A DNA stretch of 64,000 bases, taken from the NCBI GenBank assembly GCA_035458985.1, contig DATHYR010000041.1:16910-80909 (forward strand), in the 5' to 3' direction. A model generated the notes under the pieces. The model was not told the DNA's origin. It made no database searches and saw only the letters and a program-made list of their open reading frames with translations. The stretch's first letter is position 1. The number at the start of each line of letters is the position of its first letter. The translations under genes and the position numbers were made by a program. Origin of the DNA: Pseudomonadales bacterium (lineage in GTDB: Bacteria > Pseudomonadota > Gammaproteobacteria > Pseudomonadales > JAHEIH01). This document shows positions 20,250 to 31,601 of the stretch, piece after piece.

Positions 20250-21743
20250 ATGGATTTTGCAATCAAGTTTACCGACAAGTTAGCGACACATCGCAGCGAC
20301 TGTATCGTCGTTGGCGCCTTCCAAGGCGGTAAACTGGGTGAACGCGGCCAGCGCTTGGACGACGCGTGCCACGGCGTTATTAGTGCTGTGCTCAAACAAG
20401 GGGATATCAAGGGCAAACTGGCTGATACCCTCATGCTTCATGCCCCCAATGGTCTAAAAGCCAAGCGATTATTGATTTTAGGGCTCGGTGACAGCGATAA
20501 AGCCATGTCGCCCGCAGACTGCCAAAAGCTTTTCAGTACACTTTACCAAGTGGTTAGCAAGACGCCGGCTAAAGATGTCACCCTCTGCCTAGACGGTCTT
20601 CATGTGGAGGGCAAGGATGAGGCTTGGCAATTGGAAATGCTGAGCCGCCAAGGGGAGTACAGCCAATACCAATACACCCATACCAAGAGTGACAAAGAGC
20701 GTAAATCAAGTCTAGAAAGCACCCAAGTACTCTGGCACAGCAAGGTGAGCAATGCGCATAAAATCGCCCTCGATTTAGGGGCAGCCATCGCACGTGGTGC
20801 CAATGTGGCACGAGAGCTTGGCAATTTACCCGGCAATATTTGTACACCCAGTTATCTAGCTGAACACGCCGAAGCACTGAGTAAATCGTTTGATAACCTG
20901 AGTTGCAGTGTACTCGGGGAAAAGAAAATGGCCTCGCTTGGCATGGGCTCCCTACTCTCAGTAGGCAATGGAAGTGCGCAAGAGTCAAAACTGATTGTAT
21001 TGGAGTACAAAGGCGCTGCCAAAAACAAGAAGCCGCTGGTACTGGTGGGCAAAGGCATCACATTTGACACCGGTGGTATTAGCTTGAAACCTGGCGCCGG
21101 CATGGATGAAATGAAATTTGATATGTGTGGCGCGGCATCCGTGCTGGGAACAATGCGAGCTATTGCGGAGATTGCACCCAAAATTAATGTCGTGGCCGTG
21201 GTAGCTGCTGCCGAAAATATGCCCAGTGACCGTGCCACCAAACCTGGCGACATCGTCACCTCAATGTCGGGCAAAACCATCGAAATTCTTAATACCGATG
21301 CCGAGGGACGCCTAGTACTTTGTGATGCGTTGACCTATGTGGAGCGTTTCAAACCCGCCGCCGTTGTGGATGTCGCGACACTGACGGGCGCGTGTATTGT
21401 CGCACTGGGTAAAGTCGCCACAGGCCTCTATGCCAACCAACAAGCCTTGGCTGATGAATTGATTGCTGCGGGTGAAGACAGTCTTGACCGCGCGTGGCAA
21501 ATGCCACTATGGAGTGACTATCAGTCCTTACTCGACTCCAATTTTGCCGATATCGCGAACATTGGCGGACCACACGGAGGCAGTATTACCGCGGCTTGCT
21601 TCCTGTCGCGTTTCGCAGAGAACTACGATTGGGCCCACTTAGATATTGCTGGAACCGCTTGGCACTCAGGTGCTAATAAAGGCGCGACTGGCCGACCAGT
21701 ACCCATGCTTACCCGTTTTATTTTGCAACGAGCCGGCGCATGA
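20250..21743 (+). CDS. pepA: leucyl aminopeptidase PepA (M17)
   Basis: VGKGITFDTGGISLKP, MKFDMCGAA and NTDAEGRLVLCDAL M17 active-site motifs. 497 aa. Confidence 0.93.
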   Translation: MDFAIKFTDKLATHRSDCIVVGAFQGGKLGERGQRLDDACHGVISAVLKQGDIKGKLADTLMLHAPNGLKAKRLLILGLGDSDKAMSPADCQKLFSTLYQVVSKTPAKDVTLCLDGLHVEGKDEAWQLEMLSRQGEYSQYQYTHTKSDKERKSSLESTQVLWHSKVSNAHKIALDLGAAIARGANVARELGNLPGNICTPSYLAEHAEALSKSFDNLSCSVLGEKKMASLGMGSLLSVGNGSAQESKLIVLEYKGAAKNKKPLVLVGKGITFDTGGISLKPGAGMDEMKFDMCGAASVLGTMRAIAEIAPKINVVAVVAAAENMPSDRATKPGDIVTSMSGKTIEILNTDAEGRLVLCDALTYVERFKPAAVVDVATLTGACIVALGKVATGLYANQQALADELIAAGEDSLDRAWQMPLWSDYQSLLDSNFADIANIGGPHGGSITAACFLSRFAENYDWAHLDIAGTAWHSGANKGATGRPVPMLTRFILQRAGA

Positions 21744-22168
21744 CACGAATAGATTTCTATTTGTTGAAGAGTGGTGACCCGCAGGTACGCCTGCAGGTCG
21801 CCTGCAGGCTTGTCGAAAAAGCCTATCAACAACAACACCAGATCTTTATTTACTGCCCTGATTCTGAATTGGCTACGCAGTTCGATGACTTGTTATGGAA
21901 TATACGCGAGACGGCCTTCATTCCACACGGTAATTTGCATACGGATTCAGCGGATATCACATCACCGATTCTCATCGGCGAACACCCTCCTGAACACAGT
22001 CACGATTTACTCATAAATTTAGACCGTACCATTCCGCCACATTTTGGGCGATACACACGTGTGTTAGAGCTTGTGTGTCAGGGTGACGACGCCTGGGTGG
22101 AGGTTGGACGAGCCAATTACCGCGCCTATCGGGATATTGGCTACCCCATCCATACGCATCACCTCTAA
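21740..22168 (+). CDS. holC: DNA polymerase III subunit chi
   Basis: 142 aa. ATGA-coupled to pepA, the conserved pepA-holC arrangement. N-terminal IDFYLL... and LLW motif. Confidence 0.85.
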   Translation: MTRIDFYLLKSGDPQVRLQVACRLVEKAYQQQHQIFIYCPDSELATQFDDLLWNIRETAFIPHGNLHTDSADITSPILIGEHPPEHSHDLLINLDRTIPPHFGRYTRVLELVCQGDDAWVEVGRANYRAYRDIGYPIHTHHL

Positions 22169-22255
22169 CCTAACGTGCTCCTCGCTAGCCTGCCGCCCAT
22201 ACTTCTTGGCATGGCATTACCTTTGTTGGTAGCCAACATCAGGCCACGCCAACGA

Positions 22256-23041
22256 TCAGGCTAATTTACGCTTGACGTAGATATCGTAACGAATGGATTT
22301 ACCCACGATTTGATGCGACGGTGTTGCCCCACCAAGCGTGGGAGCCTTAACCGGCCGCTTAACGACGACCCTTGCACAGTCTAACGCCAGGGCGGCCGAA
22401 AACAAGGCATCGGCGTCGGGGTCTTCACCAACCACAGCGTGAAAAAAACGCATATCTTTTTTTACCAAGGCTGACTTTTGTCGTTCAGGAAACATGGGGT
22501 CGAGATAGATAACATCTATCGATGAGGCGGGTAAGAACCCGGTCAATAGACTGCCGAACGTTGCCGACATGGCACCAGCGATTTTCATCACCTCGTTATC
22601 GCCGCACACCTTTGCTCGGTTCAGGCCATCTTCAAGCAGCGCAAATACAACCGGCGAGCGCTCCAACATATCGACATGACACCCCAAGCTAGCCAACGCA
22701 AAGGCGTCCCGACCCAATCCAGCCGTCGCGTCTAAAACCCTGGGCATTACACCTTTATTGAGGCCTACCGCCTTGGCGATATCTTGGCCCTTTCCCCCAC
22801 CAAATTTACGCCGATGATCAACCGCGCCAGCCGCAAAATCGACGCGTAATGGATTCTCACGCCCAAATCGATGCATTAATTGCACACACTGCGGCGTGAA
22901 CTGCAGCACATACGCCGCTTGCTGATCGAGACGGTTGGCGTCTAACAGGCGATGACGAGAAATATCTGCGCTGCACATGTCAGCGCCGGGCAATATGTCC
23001 AGTGCGACAACACTATCTGACAAAGGCGAGACCAACCCCAT
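22256..23041 (-). CDS. rsmJ: 16S rRNA (guanine1516-N2)-methyltransferase RsmJ
   Basis: DHRRKFGGGKGQ, DATAGLGRDAF.LAS.GC.V.MLERSPVV, YLDPMFPERQKSALVKKDMRFF match E. coli RsmJ. The start is uncertain (23041 or 22978; the track gives 23092, which would overlap the PilZ gene by 80 nt). Confidence 0.8.
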   Translation of the reverse strand: MGLVSPLSDSVVALDILPGADMCSADISRHRLLDANRLDQQAAYVLQFTPQCVQLMHRFGRENPLRVDFAAGAVDHRRKFGGGKGQDIAKAVGLNKGVMPRVLDATAGLGRDAFALASLGCHVDMLERSPVVFALLEDGLNRAKVCGDNEVMKIAGAMSATFGSLLTGFLPASSIDVIYLDPMFPERQKSALVKKDMRFFHAVVGEDPDADALFSAALALDCARVVVKRPVKAPTLGGATPSHQIVGKSIRYDIYVKRKLA

Positions 23042-23279
23042 CGCGTTGCTCGTGAACAACACGCATTTTAACGGGCTCCTGATTAATCGCACCGGTATAG
23101 CGTTTGATCCTTACCAATAGTTCAGTGCCCACGGGCGGCTTGGGGTAAATACCCGTCAACACAAACACCCCACCTTCGGATAAATCCCGCGCTTTGACTT
23201 CATACACGCCTAAACTGGGGTGGTGAATTTCCACCAACGCCTCAGATGGCGTCCTGGGGTATATTCGATGCTCTAACAT
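23013..23279 (-). CDS. stand-alone PilZ domain protein
   Basis: 88 aa. N-terminal HRIYPR (RxxxR-like) and DLSEGGVFV (D-x-S-x-x-G) are the c-di-GMP-binding PilZ motifs. Confidence 0.7.
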   Translation of the reverse strand: MLEHRIYPRTPSEALVEIHHPSLGVYEVKARDLSEGGVFVLTGIYPKPPVGTELLVRIKRYTGAINQEPVKMRVVHEQRDGVGLAFVR

Positions 23280-23294
23280 AGCGTACGTCCTAAA

Positions 23295-23990
23295 TCAGTC
23301 ACGACTGGCAATCTCCTCGCGAACACGCGCGTACCAGGTCGAGGGATCATCTATCTCACCGTCCTCGCGAAGCGCGGGGTAGTCCACATTGTTTACCGTA
23401 CAAAAATGGGTAACCTTTGGGTGCGCCCACTCAAAAAACAGCCTCTCCTGCGCCTCTTGTGGCATACGCGACGTTTCGTACAAACCAGCACACTGTCGCT
23501 GATAGGATGCTTCACTCAAAATAATGCCAGCGGCTACCGACACGTTGAATGACTCAACCATCCCGAGCATAGGTACGATCACTTCATAATCGGCTAGCGC
23601 AATGCCGTGGTCGCTAACACCTTCTCTTTCCGCGCCCATCAAGATCGCCGTAGGCACAGTGTAGTCGATCTCACGAAAGTCGACGGCACGAGGCGAGAAG
23701 TTGGCAGCCACAACCTGAAAACCGCTTGCCTTAAGACCGATCAACGCCTGACGGACGCTATCGTGGCGGACAACGTTCACCCACTGGTGGCTACCTTTGG
23801 CTGTGCCTCTAAACGCACGGTACTCTTCAGCGGGCACCACAGCATGCATAGTACCGATACCCACCGCATCACAATTACGCACAATGGCCGACAAGTTTCG
23901 CCCCTTGTGGACATAGTCTGTCACAACCGTTAGATCTGGTTGGCGCCGTGCTAATACCTCACGCAATCGCGCAATTCTCTCTGGGGTCAT
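23295..23990 (-). CDS. trmH: tRNA (guanosine18-2'-O)-methyltransferase TrmH
   Basis: LARRQPDLTVV...VHK..NLSAI.R..DAVG, AVDFREIDYT.PT.ILMG.E..G, MVESFNVSVA are collinear with E. coli TrmH. Confidence 0.9.
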   Translation of the reverse strand: MTPERIARLREVLARRQPDLTVVTDYVHKGRNLSAIVRNCDAVGIGTMHAVVPAEEYRAFRGTAKGSHQWVNVVRHDSVRQALIGLKASGFQVVAANFSPRAVDFREIDYTVPTAILMGAEREGVSDHGIALADYEVIVPMLGMVESFNVSVAAGIILSEASYQRQCAGLYETSRMPQEAQERLFFEWAHPKVTHFCTVNNVDYPALREDGEIDDPSTWYARVREEIASRD

Positions 23991-24096
23991 GCCAATCTCC
24001 TTGAGGCGGCATTATAGGCGAAAGCGGCGCCGACAAAAAACCCCTTAGCTACCGGCGATGCAGATGGCTATAATGCCCTCTTTTTAGGAGAGTTTC

Positions 24097-24846
24097 ATGG
24101 CAGGGATTGAGCTTAACTACGAAGGCGATATAGCCGTCCTCACCCTCAACAATGCGGCGCGTCACAATGCCCTTGGCAAGAGTGATATCGACGCCATTGT
24201 TGACGCCGTTCGGGAAGCACAAAAACGCGCCCGCGTATTGCTAGTGACTGGCGCAGGAGATCAGACCTTTTGCGCGGGTGCACTGTTAAGTGACATGCAA
24301 TCAGGTAGCCTAAATCCGGATGCTTTTGAACGCGTCACCGATGCCTTGTTTGCCTGCCCTATTCCAACCATTGCAGCACTCAATGGCAATGCCTTCGGGG
24401 GCGGCGTGGAGTTAGCCCTGTGCTGCGATTTCCGCTTCGCCAGAGAAGGTATTCGGCTTCAGATTCCTGCGGCCCATATTGGTATTTGTTATCCTGCCAA
24501 TGGTATCCGCCGCTTAGTCGCCACCCTCGGCCTTGATACGGCAAAACACTTATTACTTACCGGCCAGCCCATTGAAGGCGATGCCTTGCAGTATACCGGT
24601 GCCATCGAGCGTGTATTACCCCAGGATGAATTGTTACCAACGGCGTGGCAGCGCGCCCAACAGCTTGCCCTGCACGCCCCTTTATCGATGAAAGGCATGA
24701 AAGAACTTCTCAATCGTGCCGCTGTTGACGAATGGGACGATAATCGCTACCGCGACATTAGTAAGCGTTGCTTATTATCGGAAGACCTTATAGAAGGGCT
24801 AGCCGCCAAAAAAGAAAAACGCTCACCACAATTTAAAGGAAAATAG
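24097..24846 (+). CDS. enoyl-CoA hydratase/isomerase (crotonase) family protein
   Basis: VLTLNN....NAL, FCAGA.L, and the oxyanion-hole segment IAALNGNAFGGGVELALCCDFRFA. Confidence 0.8.
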   Translation: MAGIELNYEGDIAVLTLNNAARHNALGKSDIDAIVDAVREAQKRARVLLVTGAGDQTFCAGALLSDMQSGSLNPDAFERVTDALFACPIPTIAALNGNAFGGGVELALCCDFRFAREGIRLQIPAAHIGICYPANGIRRLVATLGLDTAKHLLLTGQPIEGDALQYTGAIERVLPQDELLPTAWQRAQQLALHAPLSMKGMKELLNRAAVDEWDDNRYRDISKRCLLSEDLIEGLAAKKEKRSPQFKGK

Positions 24847-24928
24847 CGCCAAGGTGGCAAGATCAGCAATATGTCGCACAACAGAGTCCCCCTATACTCG
24901 CATAGCTGTTTAACAATAAGGATGAGTC

Positions 24929-26977
24929 ATGAATAAAACTACCAGCTTTCTGATCATTGTCGCGTTAGCGCTGATGGTCGGTTTTTACCGTGTATCTAAT
25001 ACTTCAACACCCGTGCCGCAAACAGAATCCGTCAGCCTACGTTCCGGAATTTATACCGACAACATCGACGACAGTGTGCGCGCGCAAGATGATTTTTATC
25101 GCTACACCAACGGCAAATGGCTAGCCACTACTGAGATTCCCGCCGACAAATCGAACTATGGTATTTTCACTGTGCTGGCGGATAAAGCCCGTGAAGATGT
25201 ACAAAAGATCATTGAAAATGCCGGCACCTCAGACAAACCCGAAGCCAAAAAACTGGCTGATTTATACGCCAGCGTGATGGATACCGCAACTATTGAAACC
25301 CTTGGTATCAGTGTACTTGACGGATTGTTAGCCGATATTGAGGCGATTGCCGACGCCGATACCTTGGCGAGTTATTTTGGCGGCGCGTTACGCAATGGCG
25401 TTAGCGGCCCCTTCTCCTTCTATATCAATAATGATTCAAAGCAACCTGACCGCTATGTGCCCTATTTCTACCAAGCGGGCATTGGTTTACCCGATCGCGA
25501 TTACTATTTCCGTGACGACGAGAAATCCGTGCAAACACGTCAGGCCTACCTTGAACACATTGCAAAGATGTACGACCTGGCTGGCTGGGACAATGGCAAC
25601 GCCGCGGCACAGACAATTATGACCCTTGAAACCGCGATTGCCGAGGGTCACTGGACACGTGTTGAGCGTCGCGACCGCGACAAAACCTACAACCTACATA
25701 CCCCAACCAGCCTTGCGACACTCGCACCCGGTGTGAATTGGATGGCCGCATTGACGGCCGCAGGTATGGTTGACCAAGCGGAATTCGTCGTGCGCAACCC
25801 AAGCTACTTCACCCACCTGGGTGAATTGATGGGTAAGTTCAATCTTGCGGATTGGAAGACCTATGCGCGTTGGCAAGTGCTGAATACCTATGCCAATGTG
25901 TTACCTGAGGCCATTGATGCGCAAAATTTTGCCTTTTATGGCACTGTGTTAAAAGGTACTGAAGCCCAAGAAGATCGCTGGAAACGCGCCGTTAGCACGG
26001 TCAATGGCATTCTGGGCGAGCAAGTAGGTCAGATTTATGTGGCGGAGCACTTCCCCCCTGCCGCTAAAGCCCGCATGAACGAATTGGTTGAAAACCTGCG
26101 TGAAGCCTATCGCCAAAGTATTCTCGATCTAGCGTGGATGGGCGACGAAACCAAACAAAAAGCGATAGAAAAGCTGCAAAAATTCCGCCCCAAAATTGGC
26201 TATCCTGATAAGTGGAAAGATTACAGCGGTCTTGAAATCGCCGCTGATGACCTGTTTGGCAACACGCTTCGCGCCAACCGTTTTGAGTATGATGAACAAA
26301 TGGCCAAATTAGGGTCACCCGTCAATCGCGATGAATGGTTCATGACACCGCAAACCGTGAATGCCTACTACAACCCCAGCATGAACGAAATCGTTTTCCC
26401 GGCGGCGATTCTGCAACCCCCCTTCTTTGATCTGAAGGCAGACGACGCGGTGAATTACGGCGGCATTGGTGGCGTCATCGGTCACGAAATGGGACACGGT
26501 TTCGATGACCAAGGTGCAAAATCTGACGGCGATGGCGTGCTTCAAAACTGGTGGACCGAGCAGGATTTAGCCGAATTCAAAGCACGCACGCAGCAACTGG
26601 TGCAACAGTACAATGAATTTACGGTATTAGATGGCGAGCACGTTAATGGTGAACTGACGTTGGGCGAAAATATTGGCGACTTAGGTGGTCTTAGCATTGC
26701 CTACAAAGCCTATCAACTCTCGCTAGGTGACCAAGCAGCTGCCGAGATGGATGGATTCAGTGGCGACCAGCGCTTTTTCTTGGGTTGGGCACAGGTCTGG
26801 GCGCGCAAGTACCGCGACGAAGAATTGTTGCAACGCTTAATCACCGACCCACACTCACCCAGTATCTTTAGAACCAATGGTGTAGTGCGTAACATGCCAG
26901 AGTTCTACCAGGCGTTTGATGTCAAAGAGGGCGATCAACTCTACCTGCCGGCTGAGCAGCGGGTAAAAATCTGGTAA
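24929..26977 (+). CDS. M13 family metallopeptidase (PepO / endothelin-converting-enzyme-like)
   Basis: 682 aa with an N-terminal anchor. NAYYNPSMNEIVFPAAILQPPFF, zinc motif GGVIGHEMGHGFD, GENIGDLGG, and C-terminal RV.IW. Confidence 0.9.
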   Translation: MNKTTSFLIIVALALMVGFYRVSNTSTPVPQTESVSLRSGIYTDNIDDSVRAQDDFYRYTNGKWLATTEIPADKSNYGIFTVLADKAREDVQKIIENAGTSDKPEAKKLADLYASVMDTATIETLGISVLDGLLADIEAIADADTLASYFGGALRNGVSGPFSFYINNDSKQPDRYVPYFYQAGIGLPDRDYYFRDDEKSVQTRQAYLEHIAKMYDLAGWDNGNAAAQTIMTLETAIAEGHWTRVERRDRDKTYNLHTPTSLATLAPGVNWMAALTAAGMVDQAEFVVRNPSYFTHLGELMGKFNLADWKTYARWQVLNTYANVLPEAIDAQNFAFYGTVLKGTEAQEDRWKRAVSTVNGILGEQVGQIYVAEHFPPAAKARMNELVENLREAYRQSILDLAWMGDETKQKAIEKLQKFRPKIGYPDKWKDYSGLEIAADDLFGNTLRANRFEYDEQMAKLGSPVNRDEWFMTPQTVNAYYNPSMNEIVFPAAILQPPFFDLKADDAVNYGGIGGVIGHEMGHGFDDQGAKSDGDGVLQNWWTEQDLAEFKARTQQLVQQYNEFTVLDGEHVNGELTLGENIGDLGGLSIAYKAYQLSLGDQAAAEMDGFSGDQRFFLGWAQVWARKYRDEELLQRLITDPHSPSIFRTNGVVRNMPEFYQAFDVKEGDQLYLPAEQRVKIW

Positions 26978-26990
26978 AACACAATCAATA

Positions 26991-27016
26991 AACGCCCCTT
27001 AGGGGCGTTTTTTTTA
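26991..27016 (+). terminator. Rho-independent terminator after the M13 peptidase gene
   Basis: AACGCCCC-TTA-GGGGCGTT followed by a T-run. Confidence 0.7.
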
Positions 27017-27037
27017 TGTCTGTTATTTAGCCTATCG

Positions 27038-28462
27038 TCACGAGCGCTTTGGCTTAGCCTTAGGATGGGGTTTCTTGTTGTCGCGCATCTGCTTTAAACG
27101 CCGCTCTTTGGCGGCTTTTTGCGAATTGGCGGGCGCACTCTTACTCGCGAAGGGGTTTTCAGAACCTTTAAATTCAATACGCATCGGCGTACCCGACAAT
27201 TTTAATTCGCGCCGAAACACTTTTTCCAAAAAGCGCTTATACGCTTCAGGCACCTTATCTACCTGATTACCGTGAATCACAATAATTGGAGGATTGTGAC
27301 CACCGGCGTGGGCATAACGCAACTTGATACGGCGGCCATTGACGCTGGGGGGTTGGTGCTCAAAAATGGCCCCCTCCAAAATCTGAGTGAGCTTATGTGT
27401 GCCAAAACGCGCCGTCGCCGAACGGAACGCCTCGTCAATCGACTTATACAACACCCCGACGCCAGAGCCGTGAAGCGCCGAGATAAAATGAATATCAGCA
27501 TAGTTGGCAAAACCTAGGCGGCGCTCGATATCTGCTTTGATACGACCACGCTGATACTCATCTAAACCATCCCACTTATTGATGGCGATCACTAACCCGC
27601 GGCCATTTTCGATGGCAAAACCCAACATATGTAGATCTTGATCGACCAAGCCTTCACGGGCATCCATCACTACTACCACGACATTAGCATCTTGAACAGC
27701 TTGCAGCGTTTTAATGATGGAAAACTTTTCAACCGTTTCTTTGACGTTTTTACGACGCCGTACACCGGCCGTATCGATAATCGTATACGGCTGTTCATTG
27801 CGCTCGTAGTCAATGTAGATACTATCGCGAGTGGTACCCGGCATATCAAATACGACCACGCGCTCTTCGCCCAGCATACGATTAACCAGGGTTGACTTAC
27901 CCACGTTAGGACGGCCGATAATAGCCATTTTAATGCGATCGTCGCGACTCGCCTCTTCCTCAGGGTCAATCTCTGGGAAATCTTTGAGGGCATCCCTCAT
28001 GAGCGGGCGTATGCCACTGCCCTGAGATGCGGCTATAGGGTACACCGACTCAATACCCATGGCGTAAAAGTCCGCCAGCGCCGCATTGGGATCAACCCCA
28101 TCGGTCTTATTGACGACTAAGAAAAAAGGTTTCTCTTGGCGCCGCAAACGCTGAGCAATGTCTTGATCGACCCCCGTCATTCCTTCGCGTCCATCGACTA
28201 AAAAGAAGACCACATCGGCTTCGTCGATGGCCTGATAGCTTTGCTTAGCCATCATCTCGTCGATACCGGTTTCTCCTCCGAGAATACCGCCAGTATCCAC
28301 CAGCAGAAAACGTTTATTATCGTACTCTGCCTCACCGTATTTACGATCACGGGTGAGACCTGAATAGTCTGCCACCAGTGCATCGCGCGTCCGCGTTAAG
28401 CGATTAAAAAGGGTTGATTTACCCACATTAGGGCGACCAACCAAGGCGATGACAGGCAACAT
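27038..28462 (-). CDS. der: ribosome-biogenesis GTPase Der (EngA)
   Basis: Two tandem GTPase domains (GRPNVGKST twice, DTGG/DTAG, NKxD twice) with a basic C-terminal tail. Confidence 0.93.
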   Translation of the reverse strand: MLPVIALVGRPNVGKSTLFNRLTRTRDALVADYSGLTRDRKYGEAEYDNKRFLLVDTGGILGGETGIDEMMAKQSYQAIDEADVVFFLVDGREGMTGVDQDIAQRLRRQEKPFFLVVNKTDGVDPNAALADFYAMGIESVYPIAASQGSGIRPLMRDALKDFPEIDPEEEASRDDRIKMAIIGRPNVGKSTLVNRMLGEERVVVFDMPGTTRDSIYIDYERNEQPYTIIDTAGVRRRKNVKETVEKFSIIKTLQAVQDANVVVVVMDAREGLVDQDLHMLGFAIENGRGLVIAINKWDGLDEYQRGRIKADIERRLGFANYADIHFISALHGSGVGVLYKSIDEAFRSATARFGTHKLTQILEGAIFEHQPPSVNGRRIKLRYAHAGGHNPPIIVIHGNQVDKVPEAYKRFLEKVFRRELKLSGTPMRIEFKGSENPFASKSAPANSQKAAKERRLKQMRDNKKPHPKAKPKRS

Positions 28463-28481
28463 AACGATACAATCCAGTCGA

Positions 28482-29621
28482 TTACTTAACTTTAAGGGCA
28501 GCTAAACGGCCACTATTTCCATACACGTACAAGGTATCCCCATCGACAAGCATCGGGGCCCGTACACCATCGCTATCGATGCGGATACGTCCCGCCATAT
28601 GGCCGTCTACCTGCGATAAAAAGTGAACATAGCCTTCAAAATCACCTACCGCCACATAGGAGCTAATCGCCGCCGGATCCGACAAGCGACGACGCGCAAG
28701 TTCAGTGCGCTGCCAACGAATATCGCCATTGGCCTCGGCCAAGGCAATAATCGAGCCCTCAGCATCGCTGATGTACATATTGCCAAAGCCATTCGCCATA
28801 CCGTTATAACTCGAGGCGGGCTCTGACCAAATGACACGACCGTTGCTGGGCTCAATCGCCATGGCGTTGCCTTGGTAACTGGTGACATACACAAGATCAT
28901 TGCGATACAGCAAGGCACCGTCGATATCAACAATACGATCTAGCTCAGAACGGCCCTTCGGAATGGCCACACGACGCTCCCAGCGAATTTTGCCGTTATT
29001 GGCATCAATCGCTACCGCTTTACCACTGGCAAAGCCAGCAACGACCGTGTCGGCAATCAGCAAAGGGGTACTCACGGATCGCATCGTCAACACAGGTACC
29101 GTCGATATGTATTCCCATTTTTCCTCGCCACTAGCCGCCTCAAGCCCCAGTAAACGGCCGTCAAGGGTTTGCACTACAGCAATGGAATCATTGGCGGCCA
29201 CCGGTGATAATACTTCGGCGCCGACATTGTGGCGCCATAATTCACGGCCGCTATCGCTGCTCAACGCAATGACATCGCCTGAAACAGCTGCGACATAAAG
29301 CTGACCATTAGCAACGCTTACTCCACCGGACAACGCGGTTTGCAGATCGCGAGCCCAAACCTTACGACCATTTGTCTTATTCAAGGCCACAACATCGCCG
29401 TTGTTGGCTGCAGCAAAAATCAAACCGCCCGATACGGCCGGTTGAAGGCGGTTATATATATCACCTTGGCCGTTGCCAACATTTTCACTCCAAACGGTTT
29501 TGAGCGTGACTTCCGCTTTAAAATCAATCAGCTCCGCCGGTGGCAAGACTTTCTCATCATTGCTACTACACGCGATCAACGCGCTGGCAAAAGCGATTAA
29601 CACAAGGCGTTTAATAGCCAT
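28482..29621 (-). CDS. bamB: outer-membrane protein assembly factor BamB
   Basis: Lipoprotein signal (LIACSS). PQQ-like beta-propeller repeats (G.v.ALd..tG...W). Conserved yfgM-bamB-der order. Confidence 0.9.
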   Translation of the reverse strand: MAIKRLVLIAFASALIACSSNDEKVLPPAELIDFKAEVTLKTVWSENVGNGQGDIYNRLQPAVSGGLIFAAANNGDVVALNKTNGRKVWARDLQTALSGGVSVANGQLYVAAVSGDVIALSSDSGRELWRHNVGAEVLSPVAANDSIAVVQTLDGRLLGLEAASGEEKWEYISTVPVLTMRSVSTPLLIADTVVAGFASGKAVAIDANNGKIRWERRVAIPKGRSELDRIVDIDGALLYRNDLVYVTSYQGNAMAIEPSNGRVIWSEPASSYNGMANGFGNMYISDAEGSIIALAEANGDIRWQRTELARRRLSDPAAISSYVAVGDFEGYVHFLSQVDGHMAGRIRIDSDGVRAPMLVDGDTLYVYGNSGRLAALKVK

Positions 29622-30289
29622 TAGGCATTGTCTCCCGAGGTCGCCGAAGCCACCGATTCAATTTTGATTCTCAACAGAGGACTTGGGCGCAGCATGTCAT
29701 CACCTGATGACAAATTTTGGGCGTCCTCGTAGGCAGCGGCAGCTTGGCTGTTGTTACCTTGCGCCGCTAAAATATCACCACGTAATTCAGCCGCTTGAGC
29801 GGCGTATTTTTGCATATCACCGTCAAGTGCAGTTAGGGCTTCGCCGAATTTTTGCTGCGAAAAGAATACCTTCGCTAAGCGAAAATTAACCAGCGCCGCC
29901 AATTCAATGGATAACGTTTGACCTTTCAACTGCTGTAGAGTGGACGCGGCCTGTTCGTATTCTTTCGCATCCATCGCCAAACGAACGCTGGCAAGTGCCG
30001 CTAACTGATCGTAACCTGTTCCCGCGTATTGCTCTCTGAGTTGGCCGATTAAGGTACCGGCAGTAGCGCGTTGGCTATCAGACAAGTCAGGGGCTGACAT
30101 CAGTGCCAATAAGTCTTGATACACCGCAGAAGCCGCCTCTTTCTCGGCTTGTTGATGATCTTGCCAATAGCGCCAGCCAAACGAAACGGCAACGGCAAGA
30201 GCGATAGCGATGAGGGTGTTCGTGCCATTTTCTTGCCACCAACGCTTGAGGGCTTCTACCTGTTCTTCTTCAGTGCGATAGGTTTCCAA
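29621..30289 (-). CDS. yfgM: YfgM family protein (SecYEG-ancillary, TPR-like)
   Basis: N-terminal EEEQVEALKRWWQENG followed by a TM helix, as in YfgM. Located between hisS and bamB. Confidence 0.78.
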   Translation of the reverse strand: METYRTEEEQVEALKRWWQENGTNTLIAIALAVAVSFGWRYWQDHQQAEKEAASAVYQDLLALMSAPDLSDSQRATAGTLIGQLREQYAGTGYDQLAALASVRLAMDAKEYEQAASTLQQLKGQTLSIELAALVNFRLAKVFFSQQKFGEALTALDGDMQKYAAQAAELRGDILAAQGNNSQAAAAYEDAQNLSSGDDMLRPSPLLRIKIESVASATSGDNA

Positions 30290-30300
30290 AATATTCTCCG

Positions 30301-31587
30301 TTATTGCTGTGCCAGCAAGGCTTTTAGGGCATTTGCCATTTCATTTCGTGGCACACGCTGTTGCTCTAGCGTGACGTCACGTAAGGGTTTAATTAACACG
30401 GTGTTATCTTCACGTTCACGCTCACCCATAATCAGGGCGAAGCGAGCACCACTTTTATCTGCTTTCTTCATCTGACTCTTGAAAGAGCCACCACCGCAAT
30501 TGGCGACACATTGTACGCCAGGCAGGTCGCGGCGCAAGCTTTCCACCAAAGACATTAGCTGCACGCCGACATTATCGTCAGGTACCATCGCAAAAACATC
30601 TGGATTAGCGTCCACGGAGGGCGGATAAGCGTTTAATGTTTCAAGCAACAGTGTGCAGCGTTCAATACCCATGGCAAAACCTACAGCCGGTGTATCACGA
30701 CCGCCCAGTTGCTTCACCAGACCATCATAGCGACCACCCGCACACACCGTACCCTGGGCACCCAGCTGATCAGTCACCCATTCAAATACGGTATTGCAGT
30801 AGTAATCTAAACCGCGCACCAGCCGCTGGTTAATCTCATAGTGCACACCGCACGCGTCAAGAATGTCACATACGCCTTTAAAGTGCGCCAGACTCTCGGC
30901 ATCCAAGTAATCGTGCAGCTTGGGCGCTCCTGCTAACAAGGCCTGAGTATTGGGGTCTTTACTATCAAGAATTCGCAGTGGGTTACTGCCCAAACGACGC
31001 CTACTATCTTCATCGAGATCGTCTTTTCTGGCTGATAAATACGCCACTAATGCTGCACCGTAATCACGGCGATTCTCTGAACTGCCAATGGTATTAAGCT
31101 GTAATGTTAGGTGCTCGCCGATGCCTAATTCGCGCCAGATCCGCGCGGAAATGAGTATCACCTCTGCATCAATGTCCGGGCCCTGCATACCAAACGTTTC
31201 AACACCCAGCTGATGGAACTGACGAAGGCGGCCTTTCTGGGGGCGCTCATAGCGAAACATCGGCCCCATGTACCATAGGCGTTGTGTTTGGTTATACAAC
31301 AACCCGTGTTCTTCACAGGCACGTACACAGCATGCCGTCCCCTCGGGACGCAAGGTAAGACTATCTCCGTTGCGGTCATCAAAGGTATACATTTCTTTTT
31401 CAACGATATCGGTCACTTCACCTATCGAGCGTTTAAAGAGCTCCGTACGCTCCAAGACGGGAAAGCGAATTTCGTCGTAATTGTAGCTGGTTAAGAGGCG
31501 GGCCAGTGTTTGCTCTAAATATTGCCAACGCACCGTTTGACCAGGCAGATTGTCGTTCATGCCACGAATGGCGGTAATTTTTGCCAC
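30301..31587 (-). CDS. hisS: histidine--tRNA ligase
   Basis: RGMNDx[34 protein letters not shown] motifs. 428 aa. Confidence 0.94.
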   Translation of the reverse strand: MAKITAIRGMNDNLPGQTVRWQYLEQTLARLLTSYNYDEIRFPVLERTELFKRSIGEVTDIVEKEMYTFDDRNGDSLTLRPEGTACCVRACEEHGLLYNQTQRLWYMGPMFRYERPQKGRLRQFHQLGVETFGMQGPDIDAEVILISARIWRELGIGEHLTLQLNTIGSSENRRDYGAALVAYLSARKDDLDEDSRRRLGSNPLRILDSKDPNTQALLAGAPKLHDYLDAESLAHFKGVCDILDACGVHYEINQRLVRGLDYYCNTVFEWVTDQLGAQGTVCAGGRYDGLVKQLGGRDTPAVGFAMGIERCTLLLETLNAYPPSVDANPDVFAMVPDDNVGVQLMSLVESLRRDLPGVQCVANCGGGSFKSQMKKADKSGARFALIMGEREREDNTVLIKPLRDVTLEQQRVPRNEMANALKALLAQQ

Positions 31588-31601
31588 GATAATATTCCGA
31601 G

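Noticed and set aside
20852-21280. 142-aa antisense ORF within pepA
   Set aside because: It is a shadow frame opposite the M17 catalytic domain.
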